Positions 19,383 to 28,738 of a stretch of DNA of 64,000 bases are shown here, piece after piece (the stretch's first letter is position 1; each line of letters begins with the position of its first letter). The translations under genes were made by a program, and so were the position numbers. The notes below the pieces were generated by a model. That model worked only from the letters and a program-made list of their open reading frames with translations. It ran no database searches and was not told the origin of the DNA. The DNA is from Chloroflexota bacterium (lineage in GTDB: Bacteria > Chloroflexota > UBA11872 > VXOZ01): assembly GCA_965208315.1 (NCBI GenBank), contig OZ242329.1, positions 3,136,500 through 3,200,499 of the forward strand, read 5' to 3'.

Positions 19383-19760
19383 ATGGCAGAGCAAGCAGGC
19401 GCGAACATCGAGGTTGAGTTTGTGCCTCGCTATCGCTTCTGGACGGACAAGGTATTCTACTTCTTCCTGATACTGGCCTTGCTGGCAGACGTTGCGCTGT
19501 TCGGCGTCATCCAGAGTGTCTATCCCCAACTGCCGGAGCGATTGCCCATCCTCTTCAATGCCCAGGGCCAAGCCGATCTTGTGGCGAATAAAGTCTATCT
19601 CTACCGCCTGCCACTCGGCGTGGCATTGCTGATACTTGCAAATGGCGCGGTGTGCGCTTTCTTCATAAAGAGGAGCGCCTTTGCCGCCCGCATGCTGATG
19701 CTGACTACGTGTTGGCTAGGCCTGCTGCTTTTGGCCGGCCTCTGGTTTATCATTCGCTAA
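19383..19760 (+). CDS. small hypothetical membrane protein
   Basis: 125 aa, three predicted TM helices. Confidence 0.4.
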   Translation: MAEQAGANIEVEFVPRYRFWTDKVFYFFLILALLADVALFGVIQSVYPQLPERLPILFNAQGQADLVANKVYLYRLPLGVALLILANGAVCAFFIKRSAFAARMLMLTTCWLGLLLLAGLWFIIR

Positions 19761-19773
19761 GGAGGACAAATCT

Positions 19774-20520
19774 ATGCAGCTAAAAGGTAAGTGTGCCATC
19801 GTTACCGGCGGCGCCACCGGCATTGGCCGCGCGGTCTGCATTTCACTCGCCCGTGAGGGAGCGAACGTCGTCGTCAACTATTCCAGGTCTGAAAAAGAGG
19901 CCGAAGAGACCGCCCGCGACGCTACGGCAGCCGGCGGTCGGGGTGTGACCTTCAAGGCCGACGTGGCCGATGAAGCCAAGGTCATAGAGATGGTGAACTT
20001 TGCCCACGAGTCTTTCGGCAGCGTGGACGCGCTGGTGAACAACGCGGGCTATACGCAATTTATCAAACATACCGAACTTGACAAACTGACCGACGAGCTG
20101 TGGAACCGCATCTTTGCGGTGAACGTCATGGGAGCGTTCTACGGCATCCGCGCGGTCACGCCCATCATGAAGGCGCAAGGCAGCGGACGCATTGTCAACA
20201 TCTCCTCCGTGGCCGGCATCACCGGCGGCGGCAGTTCCGTGCCCTATGCCGCCTCCAAGGCCGCCATGATCGCCCTCACAAAGTCTATGGCGGCTGCCTT
20301 AGGACCGGAAATCCTCGTGAATAGCGTTGCGCCCGGCCTGATCTACACACGTTGGACGGAAGATTACCCCGACCGCAATGAAGAGATACGCCAGACCACT
20401 ATCACACAGCGTCTGGGCACGCCGGAAGACATTGCGGGGGCGACGCACTACCTCATCTGCACCGCCGATTGGGTCACCGGCCAGACGCTCATCATCGACG
20501 GCGGCAGGGGAGTCGGGTAG
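19774..20520 (+). CDS. SDR-family oxidoreductase (FabG-like)
   Basis: TGGATGIGRA, NNAGY, YAASKAA(M) catalytic YxxxK. Confidence 0.85.
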   Translation: MQLKGKCAIVTGGATGIGRAVCISLAREGANVVVNYSRSEKEAEETARDATAAGGRGVTFKADVADEAKVIEMVNFAHESFGSVDALVNNAGYTQFIKHTELDKLTDELWNRIFAVNVMGAFYGIRAVTPIMKAQGSGRIVNISSVAGITGGGSSVPYAASKAAMIALTKSMAAALGPEILVNSVAPGLIYTRWTEDYPDRNEEIRQTTITQRLGTPEDIAGATHYLICTADWVTGQTLIIDGGRGVG

Positions 20521-20656
20521 ACAGAGTTTAATCTGTGAAGAATCGGGTCCTGCCGGGTTTGAAGCGTCTGAGAGATTACGATTGCTGCTCTTGACTCAGC
20601 CATGCCGCAACATGGTTCTGCGGCAGTATCGAGTGGGCATAAGTTATTGCGGGTTG

Positions 20657-20690
20657 AGAAGATGGATTCCCGTTTTCACGGGAATGACGG
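20657..20690 (+). repeat. A-type hairpin repeat (GAAGATGGATTCCCG-N-CGGGAATGACGG; ATTCCC-N8-GGGAAT core)
   Basis: Further copies at 21479-21512(-), 27868-27900(+), 33245-33277(+), 34535-34567(+), 36983-37015(-). Confidence 0.85.
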
Positions 20691-20918
20691 AGTGCGGCAT
20701 TGCGGATGTGGGCGTTGGCTCGTTCCTCAGTAGCGCGGGGGCTTGTCCCCCGCATAGCGTCCAGTGCGCGCGGTATTTCAACAGTGCGTTGCCTCTACCT
20801 CATGGCAGAAGGTCATTGCGACGCCGAAACAAGAGACAAACACGAATTTCTCGGCTGCTGCTCCAACTCATGAAGATCAAGATTCCGCTGCAAACCAAGA
20901 ACACCAGGACGGTGAATA

Positions 20919-21431
20919 ATGCCGGTCGCTGAGGATTTTCTCAAGGAATTGAGCATACGCCCATATGAACCACGCGACGAGGCGCGCGTCAAGGAGCTTA
21001 CCATCGCCGCCTTTACGGGTGTTAGCATCGAGAATAACATCGAACACGCTTGGCCTGGGCTCTTGCCCGTTCCCTGGGGCGAACGCAAATGGCCCATGGT
21101 TGCCATGGATCTCACCGCTCATCCGGAAGAGTGCTTTGTGGTCGAATACGATGGTGAAGTAATCGGCTATGCCACAACGCGCATCAACCGCACCAATAGC
21201 GTCGGCCAGATACCCGATATGGCCGTGGACGAGAAGTTTCGCGGCAAGGGGATCGGCCGCATGCTGTTGGAGCACTGCCTGCAGTACTTTCGCGACCAGA
21301 ACCTGATACTTGCCCGCATCGAGACCCTGGACCAGAATCCTATCGGCCGCCACCTCTATCCCGATCTTGGGTTCGAGGAAGTAGCACGGCAGATTTTCTA
21401 CGCCATGCCCTTGGAGCCGCAGGACGAATAG
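20919..21431 (+). CDS. GNAT-family N-acetyltransferase
   Basis: VDEKFRGKGIGRMLLEHCLQYFRD acetyl-CoA binding motif. Confidence 0.75.
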   Translation: MPVAEDFLKELSIRPYEPRDEARVKELTIAAFTGVSIENNIEHAWPGLLPVPWGERKWPMVAMDLTAHPEECFVVEYDGEVIGYATTRINRTNSVGQIPDMAVDEKFRGKGIGRMLLEHCLQYFRDQNLILARIETLDQNPIGRHLYPDLGFEEVARQIFYAMPLEPQDE

Positions 21432-21540
21432 AGGCGGGCACATGGGTGAACGTAAGAAGGTAACGCGAGGAGCCGTCGTCCGTCATTCCCGCGAAAGCGG
21501 GAATCCATCTTTTCTCGCGCCACCTGCACACTTCCCCAAG

Positions 21541-21565
21541 CGGGGGACAAGCCCCCGCGCTACGG
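21541..21565. repeat. D-type hairpin repeat (GGGGACAAGCCCCCGCGCTACGG)
   Basis: Copies at 20733-20759(-), 52992-53013 and 54372-54395. Confidence 0.8.
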
Positions 21566-21757
21566 TGTAGATTCTTGTTAGCTACCGTGTCCCTGGCCTC
21601 TGGCCTCCGGCCTCCGGCGGAGTGACGGAGAACTGCGCAGTGGCTGCGGGTGTGTGCCTGCCCTGCGCTGCAAACGCGCCTCTGCCGCACTTTGGTATGC
21701 TTGAAGGGTAGGCATCCACACCTTGCAAAATCCTCTTTCTAGGAGCAGAACCACAGC

Positions 21758-22288
21758 ATGGCTAACGCACGACCCTCATTGGCTACCCGGCTCGGAAGCT
21801 GGATACGGGTTATTACACTGGCGCTTGCGCTGATTGGTGTCGCTGCGGGAGTTGCGGCGCTGGCCCTCGGCGTCTTCCTTTGGCGCGACCGTCCCACCAT
21901 TCAGACTGCTGCCGACCAGGCCCAGAACGCGGCGCAGGTCACAAGCGTAATAGATACGCGTGTGTCAGGATTGGAGCAGCAAGCTGAGGCACTGAGCCAG
22001 CAAGTGAGTGTGCTGCAGTTCCAGAACCACCTCCTGCGGGCATCGGTGCGCGTCAGCCGGGCACGGGCTCACCTGCGCGAGCAAGAGGGCGGTCTTGCGA
22101 TCCGCGAGTTGGCTGAAGTCGATCGTTCGCTGGCGGCCGCGGCGAAGCTGGGTTCTGCAGGCCAGCAGGAACAGATAGCGGAAATCAAGACTCTCCTTGC
22201 CGACCTGAAGAACATCATCGAGACGGGTACGTTCCCCATTCAAACGTTGGAAGTCGTCGGCGACCGCATCGACGGGATGATCCGGTAA
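21758..22288 (+). CDS. hypothetical membrane-anchored coiled-coil protein
   Basis: N-terminal TM helix, then a Q/A-rich helical region. Confidence 0.4.
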   Translation: MANARPSLATRLGSWIRVITLALALIGVAAGVAALALGVFLWRDRPTIQTAADQAQNAAQVTSVIDTRVSGLEQQAEALSQQVSVLQFQNHLLRASVRVSRARAHLREQEGGLAIRELAEVDRSLAAAAKLGSAGQQEQIAEIKTLLADLKNIIETGTFPIQTLEVVGDRIDGMIR

Positions 22289-22386
22289 GAGCAATTCGCC
22301 GCGAAGAGTCCACCAGAGACGACTCCAGCGGCTCGCCGTCGTCCGGTTCCCTGTAGAAGAGCCACACCTTTCCAGGTGAGAAATCC

Positions 22387-23297
22387 ATGAACATCGGCGT
22401 GATTGGGCCCGGCCGCGTGGGATCAGGCCTGGCACGTCTCCTTGCGGATCGTGGGTACGTCGTCCGTGCAATTGCGGGAAGGACTCCTGCCCAAGCTGAA
22501 TCGCTCGCTGCAGTTCTGTCGGAATGTGAAGCTGCCGGCCCACAACGTGTCGCTGACACCTGCGATCTAGTCTTCATCACCACTCCCGACTCCGGCATTC
22601 CGGCAATTGCCAGCGCCAATACGTGGCGGCCCGGACAAGGTGTCGTCCATTGCAGCGGCGCGCTCTCCGCAGCCGCACTCGCCGTGGTAACGCAGCATGG
22701 CGCAGTGCCCGGCGCGTTTCATCCTTTGCAGACGCTGCCGGACGCCCAGGCGGCATTTGCAAATCTGCCCGGCTCGTTTATTGGCATCGAGGCGGAAGAG
22801 CCGCTTCTCACCCAACTCAAGGAGATCGCAACTTCTCTGGAGTGCACCTGGGGCTATGTGCCAGCCGTGGCGCGGCCGGCCTATCATGCGGCGGCGGTGC
22901 TCGTCTCCAACTACACCGTGGCCCTCGCCCATGCCGGCGTCGAACTCTGGCAAGCTATTGGAAATCGGAACAGGAAGGGCTGGAGGCCTTGGTTCCCTTA
23001 CTGCAAGGCACCGTGCATAACCTTCGTCGTCTTGGGTCGGAGGATGCCCTCACCGGTCCCATAGCACGTGGGGACTGGGCAACAGTACAACGCAACCTCA
23101 CGGCAATTCGTGAGGCCGCCCCCCAACAGGCTTTTCCGTACGCTGCAATGGCCCTTGCAATGATATACAATAATCTCGTAGCTATTGATGACAACGATGG
23201 CGCTTTCGACAAAGATTGCGCCGCTGACAAAGCTGCACTCGAACGTGAGTTGCGGTCACTTCTGAGCGCGACGCTCAAGAACCGAGGGACGTCATGA
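22387..23297 (+). pseudogene. DUF2520 / Rossmann-like oxidoreductase gene (panB-associated) with a frameshift near 22955-22970
   Basis: N-terminal Rossmann part MNIGVIGPGRVGSGLARLLA... is in the frame of ORF 22387..23064. The C-terminal DUF2520 part ...EQEGLEALVPLLQGTVHNLRRLG...LTGPIARGDW... is in the frame of ORF 22623..23297. That second frame ends in an ATGA overlap with the panB start. Confidence 0.6.
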
Positions 23298-24166
23298 GCA
23301 CCGAGCGCGTTACCATCGCCGACCTCAAGCGGATGAAGGCGGAGGGCCGCAAGATCGTAATGCTGACGGCGTACGACGCGCCGCTGGCGCACTTCGTAGA
23401 GGCTGCCGGTGTGCCCGCAATCCTGGTCGGCGACAGCTTGGGCAACACGGTGCTTGGCTACGAGAATACCTTGCCGGTGACCGTGAACGACATCTTGCGC
23501 CACACCCGAGCCGTGGTGCGCGGCACGCGCCGGGCTATGGTGATAGCCGACATGCCCTTTCTCTCGTACCAGGTTTCCAACGAGCGCGCGCTGCTTAACG
23601 CCGGGCAGTTGATCAAGGAGGGCGGCGCGCACGGGGTAAAGCTGGAAGGCGGCAAGCAAACCGTAACGGTAACGGCCCATCTGGTAGATGCCGGCATTCC
23701 GGTGATGGGGCATATCGGACTCACCCCACAATCGGTCCATCAACTCGGCGGCTACCGGGCACAGGGGCGCACACTGGCGGAGGCGGAAGAACTGCAAAGC
23801 GATGCGCTTGCCCTCGAGCGCGCGGGCGCGTTCGCCATTGTCCTGGAGAGCATTCCGGCCACGCTGGCGCAGAAGATCACCGAGTCCCTCTCCATTCCCA
23901 CCATCGGTATCGGCGCAGGCGTCCACTGTGACGGTCAGATTCAGGTATTGCACGATCTCCTCGGGCTGAATCCACACGCCGTGCACCCTCGGCATGCCAA
24001 GGCCTACGCGAAATTGGGCGAAGCGATGCGCGCCGCGGTAAATGCCTATGTGCAGGACGTCGAAAACAGGGCGTTTCCTACCCGCGAACACAGCTTCATG
24101 CTGCCCAACGAAGTCGCACGCGCCTTGCGTAAAGAGACCCTGATTTCGGCCTCTGACGAAGACTAA
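23294..24166 (+). CDS. panB: 3-methyl-2-oxobutanoate hydroxymethyltransferase
   Basis: LKRMKAEGRKIVMLTAYDAPLA...AILVGDSLGNTVLGY...AHGVKLEGG. Confidence 0.9.
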   Translation: MSTERVTIADLKRMKAEGRKIVMLTAYDAPLAHFVEAAGVPAILVGDSLGNTVLGYENTLPVTVNDILRHTRAVVRGTRRAMVIADMPFLSYQVSNERALLNAGQLIKEGGAHGVKLEGGKQTVTVTAHLVDAGIPVMGHIGLTPQSVHQLGGYRAQGRTLAEAEELQSDALALERAGAFAIVLESIPATLAQKITESLSIPTIGIGAGVHCDGQIQVLHDLLGLNPHAVHPRHAKAYAKLGEAMRAAVNAYVQDVENRAFPTREHSFMLPNEVARALRKETLISASDED

Positions 24167-24394
24167 TCACGAAGATTTACTGGGAATCCTCTTTGCGCCC
24201 GCTACGACTAATCCGTTCGCCCTGAGCTTGCCTGTCCTGAGCTTGCCGAAGGGTCGAAGGGTGAACGGGGCCATGCCCATCCTAGAAGCGTTTCTGTTCG
24301 CCCTAAGCGTGTCGAAAGGTGAGCGGGAACGGGGTTGCAAGGGCGCAAAGGCACCGCCTGGATTCTTCTCTAAGCATCAACCAAGCACTCTCAC

Positions 24395-25249
24395 ATGCAG
24401 ATTCTGCACACAATCCCAGCCGTTCGCGCCGCTCGCCAAGAGGCCCGGGGCAGCCTTGGGCTGGTGCCCACTATGGGCTATCTGCACGCGGGCCACATGG
24501 CGCTGGTGCGGGCCGCCCGCGATGCTAACGATCACTGCTGGGCCACAGTATTCGTCAATTCACTGCAATTTGGACAAAACGAGGACTTCAACACCTATCC
24601 CCGCGACCTGCCGCGCGATCTTGCTCTCTTCGAAGAAGCCGGTGTGGATGCCGTCTTCGTCCCTGAAGCTGAAACCATGTACACAGCAGAATTCAGCACG
24701 TACGTGGATGTCGAGAAGCTCACCGATCGCCTGGAAGGCGCAGCGCGCCCGGGTCACTTTCGCGGCGTTACCACGGTGGTCTGCAAGTTGCTCAATATCG
24801 TGCAGCCCCATCGGGTCTATTTGGGTCGCAAAGACGCCCAGCAACTCCGCGTCATCCGCCGCATGGTGCGCGACCTCAACATCCCCACCACTATCGTACC
24901 GGTGGAAACCGTGCGAGAACCGGACGGCCTCGCCCACTCCAGTCGCAACGTGCACCTGAAACCGGCTGAACGCCAGGCGGCGAACGCCCTCTACCAAGCG
25001 CTCCAAGCAGCGCAGCAGGGCTTTGTCGCCGGCGAGCGCAATGCCGACGTCTTGCGCGCCGCCATGCGCGCGGTCCTCGCGCGGGAACCCCTCCTCGACG
25101 TGGAATACGTCAGCGTCGCCGACGATGAGAGCCTGGAAGCACTAACCACAATCGAGCGCCCGGCTCTTGCCTCTCTCGCCGCCAGAATTGGAACTACGCG
25201 CCTCATCGACGCCATCGAGTTAGGCAGCGACAGCTCTCCCTCAAGTTGA
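24395..25249 (+). CDS. panC: pantoate--beta-alanine ligase
   Basis: LVPTMGYLHAGHMALV (HIGH-like), FVNSLQFGQNEDF, YLGRKDAQQL. Confidence 0.9.
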   Translation: MQILHTIPAVRAARQEARGSLGLVPTMGYLHAGHMALVRAARDANDHCWATVFVNSLQFGQNEDFNTYPRDLPRDLALFEEAGVDAVFVPEAETMYTAEFSTYVDVEKLTDRLEGAARPGHFRGVTTVVCKLLNIVQPHRVYLGRKDAQQLRVIRRMVRDLNIPTTIVPVETVREPDGLAHSSRNVHLKPAERQAANALYQALQAAQQGFVAGERNADVLRAAMRAVLAREPLLDVEYVSVADDESLEALTTIERPALASLAARIGTTRLIDAIELGSDSSPSS

Positions 25250-25567
25250 CCCCGCTATCTGACTCTCAGTGTCATTAAGGGCGGCGCTAAAAGGGTGTAA
25301 AATTGAAAGTACTACTTGCAATCTTACACCCTATGCGGTTGCCAACGGGCGCTACTCTAGATGATCTGAACTCGCTGCCTCTACCGGAAATCCTTTACTC
25401 ACTGCAGCCATGTGACGCTCATGCCCGCAGTGCGCTACTATAGGAGACGTGCGCCAGCGCACAATTCCTCTTTCCAGAGTGGGTAAACGGCACCGATACG
25501 ACGGTGCCTTAATTGTGTCGCGCGCTGACATGAATTTTGACTGATCCCTAATCTGTCGAAGGAAGCA

Positions 25568-26566
25568 ATGATGCTCGGAACGTTCAACTCGCCCGTACTC
25601 TGGATAGGCTTCACCGCCGTCGTTCTCACTCTACTCATCCTCGACCTGCTGGTGTTTCACCGGGGCGCTCATGTCATAAAACCCCGTGAAGCGGCTACGT
25701 GGGTGGCAATTTGGGTGAGCCTCGCTCTCATCTTCGCCGTCGGCATGTTCATCTTTGCCGGGCCCGAACGCGGCACGGAGTTCATCACGGGCTATCTCAT
25801 CGAGTGGACTCTGAGTGTCGACAACCTCTTCGTCTTCTTGATCATCTTCACGTACTTTGCGGTACCCCACGAGTATCGCTACAACGTGCTCTTTTGGGGG
25901 ATTCTCGCCGCCATCATCTTACGCGGCACGTTTATCCTGGTCGGCGCCGCCCTCTTGAATACCTTCCATTGGATGATCTTCGTCTTTGGCGGCTTCCTCA
26001 TCTATACCGGTTTTCGCATTCTGATCAAGGGTGACGAGGATACCGATCCCGAGCGCAATTTCGCCGTCCGCATCTTTCGCAAGATTCTCCCAAGCACCGC
26101 GAACTACCATGGCGGAAGTTACATCGTAAAGGTCGACGGCCGCTGGCTGGCAACGCCGCTGTTGCTCGTGCTGCTCGTGGTGAACGTGACCGACGTGGTC
26201 TTTGCCCTCGATTCCGTGCCCGCAATTTTCGCCATCACACGCGAACCCTTCATCGTCTACTCGGCAAACATCTTCGCCATTCTCGGCCTGCGCGCCCTGT
26301 ACTTCCTGCTCGCGAACTTGATGGACCGGTTCCACTATCTCAGCGTGGGCCTCGGCCTCGTGCTCGTTTTCGTGGGCATCAAGATGGTCGTGGGCGACTT
26401 CCACGGCGTACCTAAAGGCGACCACTTCTTTACACCCGTGCTCGAGGGGATCGAGGTGGTAGCATCTGCTTTCCACGAACAGCCGGTGTACTCCCTGGCC
26501 GTGGTTGGAGTGCTGCTGGGCGGGTCAGTCATCGCATCGCTGCTCCGGCCGCACGACGCCGAGTGA
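25568..26566 (+). CDS. TerC-family integral membrane protein
   Basis: TerC hallmarks: YLIEWTLSVDNLFVFLIIF and ALDSVPAIFAIT. Confidence 0.8.
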   Translation: MMLGTFNSPVLWIGFTAVVLTLLILDLLVFHRGAHVIKPREAATWVAIWVSLALIFAVGMFIFAGPERGTEFITGYLIEWTLSVDNLFVFLIIFTYFAVPHEYRYNVLFWGILAAIILRGTFILVGAALLNTFHWMIFVFGGFLIYTGFRILIKGDEDTDPERNFAVRIFRKILPSTANYHGGSYIVKVDGRWLATPLLLVLLVVNVTDVVFALDSVPAIFAITREPFIVYSANIFAILGLRALYFLLANLMDRFHYLSVGLGLVLVFVGIKMVVGDFHGVPKGDHFFTPVLEGIEVVASAFHEQPVYSLAVVGVLLGGSVIASLLRPHDAE

Positions 26567-26915
26567 CGCGCCTTTCACACGGTCACTCCTGTCGGTGAGC
26601 AGTACTTACTCTTCGTCCTGTGGCTTCTCTTTGCGTCCGGTGAGGTAGAACCAGAGCGTGTACGCTACGGCGCAGCCGACGAGGAGCGCACCCACAGCCA
26701 CCTCGTCCCACACGCCCAACGCGCCATGCTCCAGCGGGGCCGGCAGCATGTGAAGTGGAACCGCGAGCGCGAGCCGGCCCGAGCGTGGCGCACCGCGGTG
26801 CTCCCCTGCGGCTTGCGTTGTTCGGCAATAGCGGTTTATGCGACGCGAATTCATCGGTTTTTGCTACCCAACTCTACTGAATGCCCCGTACAAGTTCATT
26901 GCTGAAGCGCCGATC

Positions 26916-28736
26916 CTATCCCAGAATTATCCCGCGCATCTCCATCGGCTGCGTCATCATCCAGGCGCCGGTAAAGAACAACAGTACAATGATAACCGCC
27001 CAGGGTAGGAGCGCACGAATAGCCCTTGCCATGGAGCCGTGTTGTTTTCTGGCGATGCGATAGCCAACCGTCAGCGAAACGAGCATGCCGAGTTCCAGCA
27101 GCAGTAGTTCAAGCGGCACCAACCAGGAATCTGGCACGATTGCGGCCAACTCCCATTGGGGAGCACCCAGTAGGGTCACGCCGAAGTCCGCGAGAAAGCT
27201 CTGCGTCACGGGAATTGCGGTCAATGCACCGATGAGGAAGTGGAAGCCGTAGTGCGCTAACCACATCCCAAAGCCGATGGGAATGAGGGCAAAGCTGAAG
27301 CGTGTCGCCGTGGCCGCCAGCGTTTCACGGCTCCCGCTGAGGGCGCGGCTGGACCACGCCGCAGCGGTCACCAGCACAAACGGCAGCGCCACGAGGCCCA
27401 CTATAAACAGCACGCCCAGCACCACCGGCTCACTGGTCACACCGAGTTGCCCGGCGAGCCACTGTTCCAGTGCGTAGACCGGCGCTACCATGCCGAAAGC
27501 GTTCACAAAGGCCGCGAACACGAGCACGTACACGAGCGCCGCCAGGTCGATGCGCTGCGCCAGCGCGCCGACGCCGGAGTGCAATTGATCCAGTTTGCGG
27601 AACTCGCTGGTGGGAGCGCGGAGCTGGATGCCGACGTTGTCGTAAGGACAGGCCTGAATGCAGTCCAGGCAGAACGTACAGTCCATGTTGCCGACTTTGC
27701 GTTCTTGGAAGAGCCACAGTTCGCAGCCGGTCTGCACGAGTTGGAGGCCGGCGGGGATGGCGATGTCTCTCTCGGCTTGCTTAGGCTCCTTTATTGAAGA
27801 TTGCTTGCTTTCACGGTGGGAAGATTCAGATGTCGTCGGCGCAGGCTCTTGACCCACTCGCCCTGCAGAAGATGGATTCCCGCTTGCGCGGGAATGACGG
27901 ATGCCGGGCTCACTATTGGAATTTCCTCTTGTAGCGTCCAGCGATTTACCCGGGACCCCAATTCCCTCGCCCAAACTCGGGGGACTCCCTCTCCCTTGAG
28001 GGAGAGGGTCGGGGTGAGGGTGACTCTTTGCAGACCAGCTTAATGCCGACAGAGAAGGTGAGTCCTGCGCGGCGTTCGTCTCGCGGGAGTGACGAAGAAC
28101 GTCCGGCTCAGGCCTCTGCGCATAGCGCCCCTTGATGCAGTCTTTGGTCGGACACGAACCGCAGAGGTCCGGCTGGCGCACCTTCACCTCCAGCGGCGAG
28201 ACCATGCCGTGGACGAAGTGGAACTGTCCGATGGGACAGACGTACTTGCAAAAGGCCGCGCCGCGAAAGATGCCGTCAATGGCGAAGGCCGCCACAAAGT
28301 ACGTCAAGGCCACCCACGCCGTGAGCCAGGGACTCGCCCACAGATCGAAGGCCTCATACGCCCAGAAGAAGACCAAGAGAACGCCAAGCGCCAGCCACTT
28401 GTTGCGAATGACCTTCGGCCAGCGCCGGTTGGCGGGCAGGAGCTTCTTGGCCAGGCGGCGCGGCAGCATGAACGGGCACGCCATGCAAAAGATGTTGCCC
28501 GCAATGAGCAGCGCCAGCACCACCAAGCCCCGCCAATGCACCCAGGGCAACACGCCGGCGAGATTCTTGGGCGCGAGTTGCGGACCCCAGAAACCGTCAT
28601 AGAGGATGAGCGCCGACACTGCCAGCAGCACAGCCTGCATTGATGTCCGGGCATGCTTCCAGCGCAGAAAGCTCCCAATTACGGGCAGGTTGAGAAGATC
28701 GCGCTGGGTCGACGGCTGGGTGCGCGGCACAGCCAC
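26916..28736 (-). CDS. FixG/CcoG-like membrane polyferredoxin (4Fe-4S binding) carrying an in-frame repeat-derived insertion
   Basis: CMACPFMLPRR, FCKYVCPIGQFHFVHG, CGSCPTKDCIKG ... CTFCLDCIQACPYDN, plus TM helices. The low-complexity segment of about 100 aa between the two Cys clusters is encoded by mosaic repeat units at 27868-28023. Confidence 0.65.
   Translation of the reverse strand: MAVPRTQPSTQRDLLNLPVIGSFLRWKHARTSMQAVLLAVSALILYDGFWGPQLAPKNLAGVLPWVHWRGLVVLALLIAGNIFCMACPFMLPRRLAKKLLPANRRWPKVIRNKWLALGVLLVFFWAYEAFDLWASPWLTAWVALTYFVAAFAIDGIFRGAAFCKYVCPIGQFHFVHGMVSPLEVKVRQPDLCGSCPTKDCIKGRYAQRPEPDVLRHSRETNAAQDSPSLSALSWSAKSHPHPDPLPQGRGSPPSLGEGIGVPGKSLDATRGNSNSEPGIRHSRASGNPSSAGRVGQEPAPTTSESSHRESKQSSIKEPKQAERDIAIPAGLQLVQTGCELWLFQERKVGNMDCTFCLDCIQACPYDNVGIQLRAPTSEFRKLDQLHSGVGALAQRIDLAALVYVLVFAAFVNAFGMVAPVYALEQWLAGQLGVTSEPVVLGVLFIVGLVALPFVLVTAAAWSSRALSGSRETLAATATRFSFALIPIGFGMWLAHYGFHFLIGALTAIPVTQSFLADFGVTLLGAPQWELAAIVPDSWLVPLELLLLELGMLVSLTVGYRIARKQHGSMARAIRALLPWAVIIVLLFFTGAWMMTQPMEMRGIILG
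27985..28023. repeat. E-type hairpin repeat (CTCCCTCTCCCTTGAGGGAGAGGGTCGGGGTGAGGGTGA)
   Basis: Second copy at 57178-57215. The copy here lies inside the fixG-like CDS. Confidence 0.8.
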
Positions 28737-28738
28737 GG

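Noticed and set aside
20640-21640. Repeat clusters as a CRISPR array
   Set aside because: The units belong to several different families and occur in both orientations at irregular spacing. They are not separated by uniform-length spacers, and there are no cas genes.
22623-23297. ORF 22623..23297(+) as an independent gene
   Set aside because: Only its last roughly 110 aa look like protein (the DUF2520 C-terminus). The upstream part is Arg/Ala-rich overlap with the Rossmann-domain frame. It is better explained as the downstream half of a frameshifted single gene.
26606-26854. 82-aa ORF on the minus strand downstream of terC
   Set aside because: Only the C-terminal roughly 40 aa look like a TM helix. 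There is no RBS or conservation evidence. It is left as a possible small membrane protein but not called.
27868-27900. Resemblance of the A-type unit (ATTCCC-N8-GGGAAT) to the Neisseria dRS3 repeat as evidence of taxonomic origin
   Set aside because: The surrounding genome is about 65% GC and has a Chloroflexota-like gene complement. The similarity is confined to a short palindromic core and is most likely convergent.
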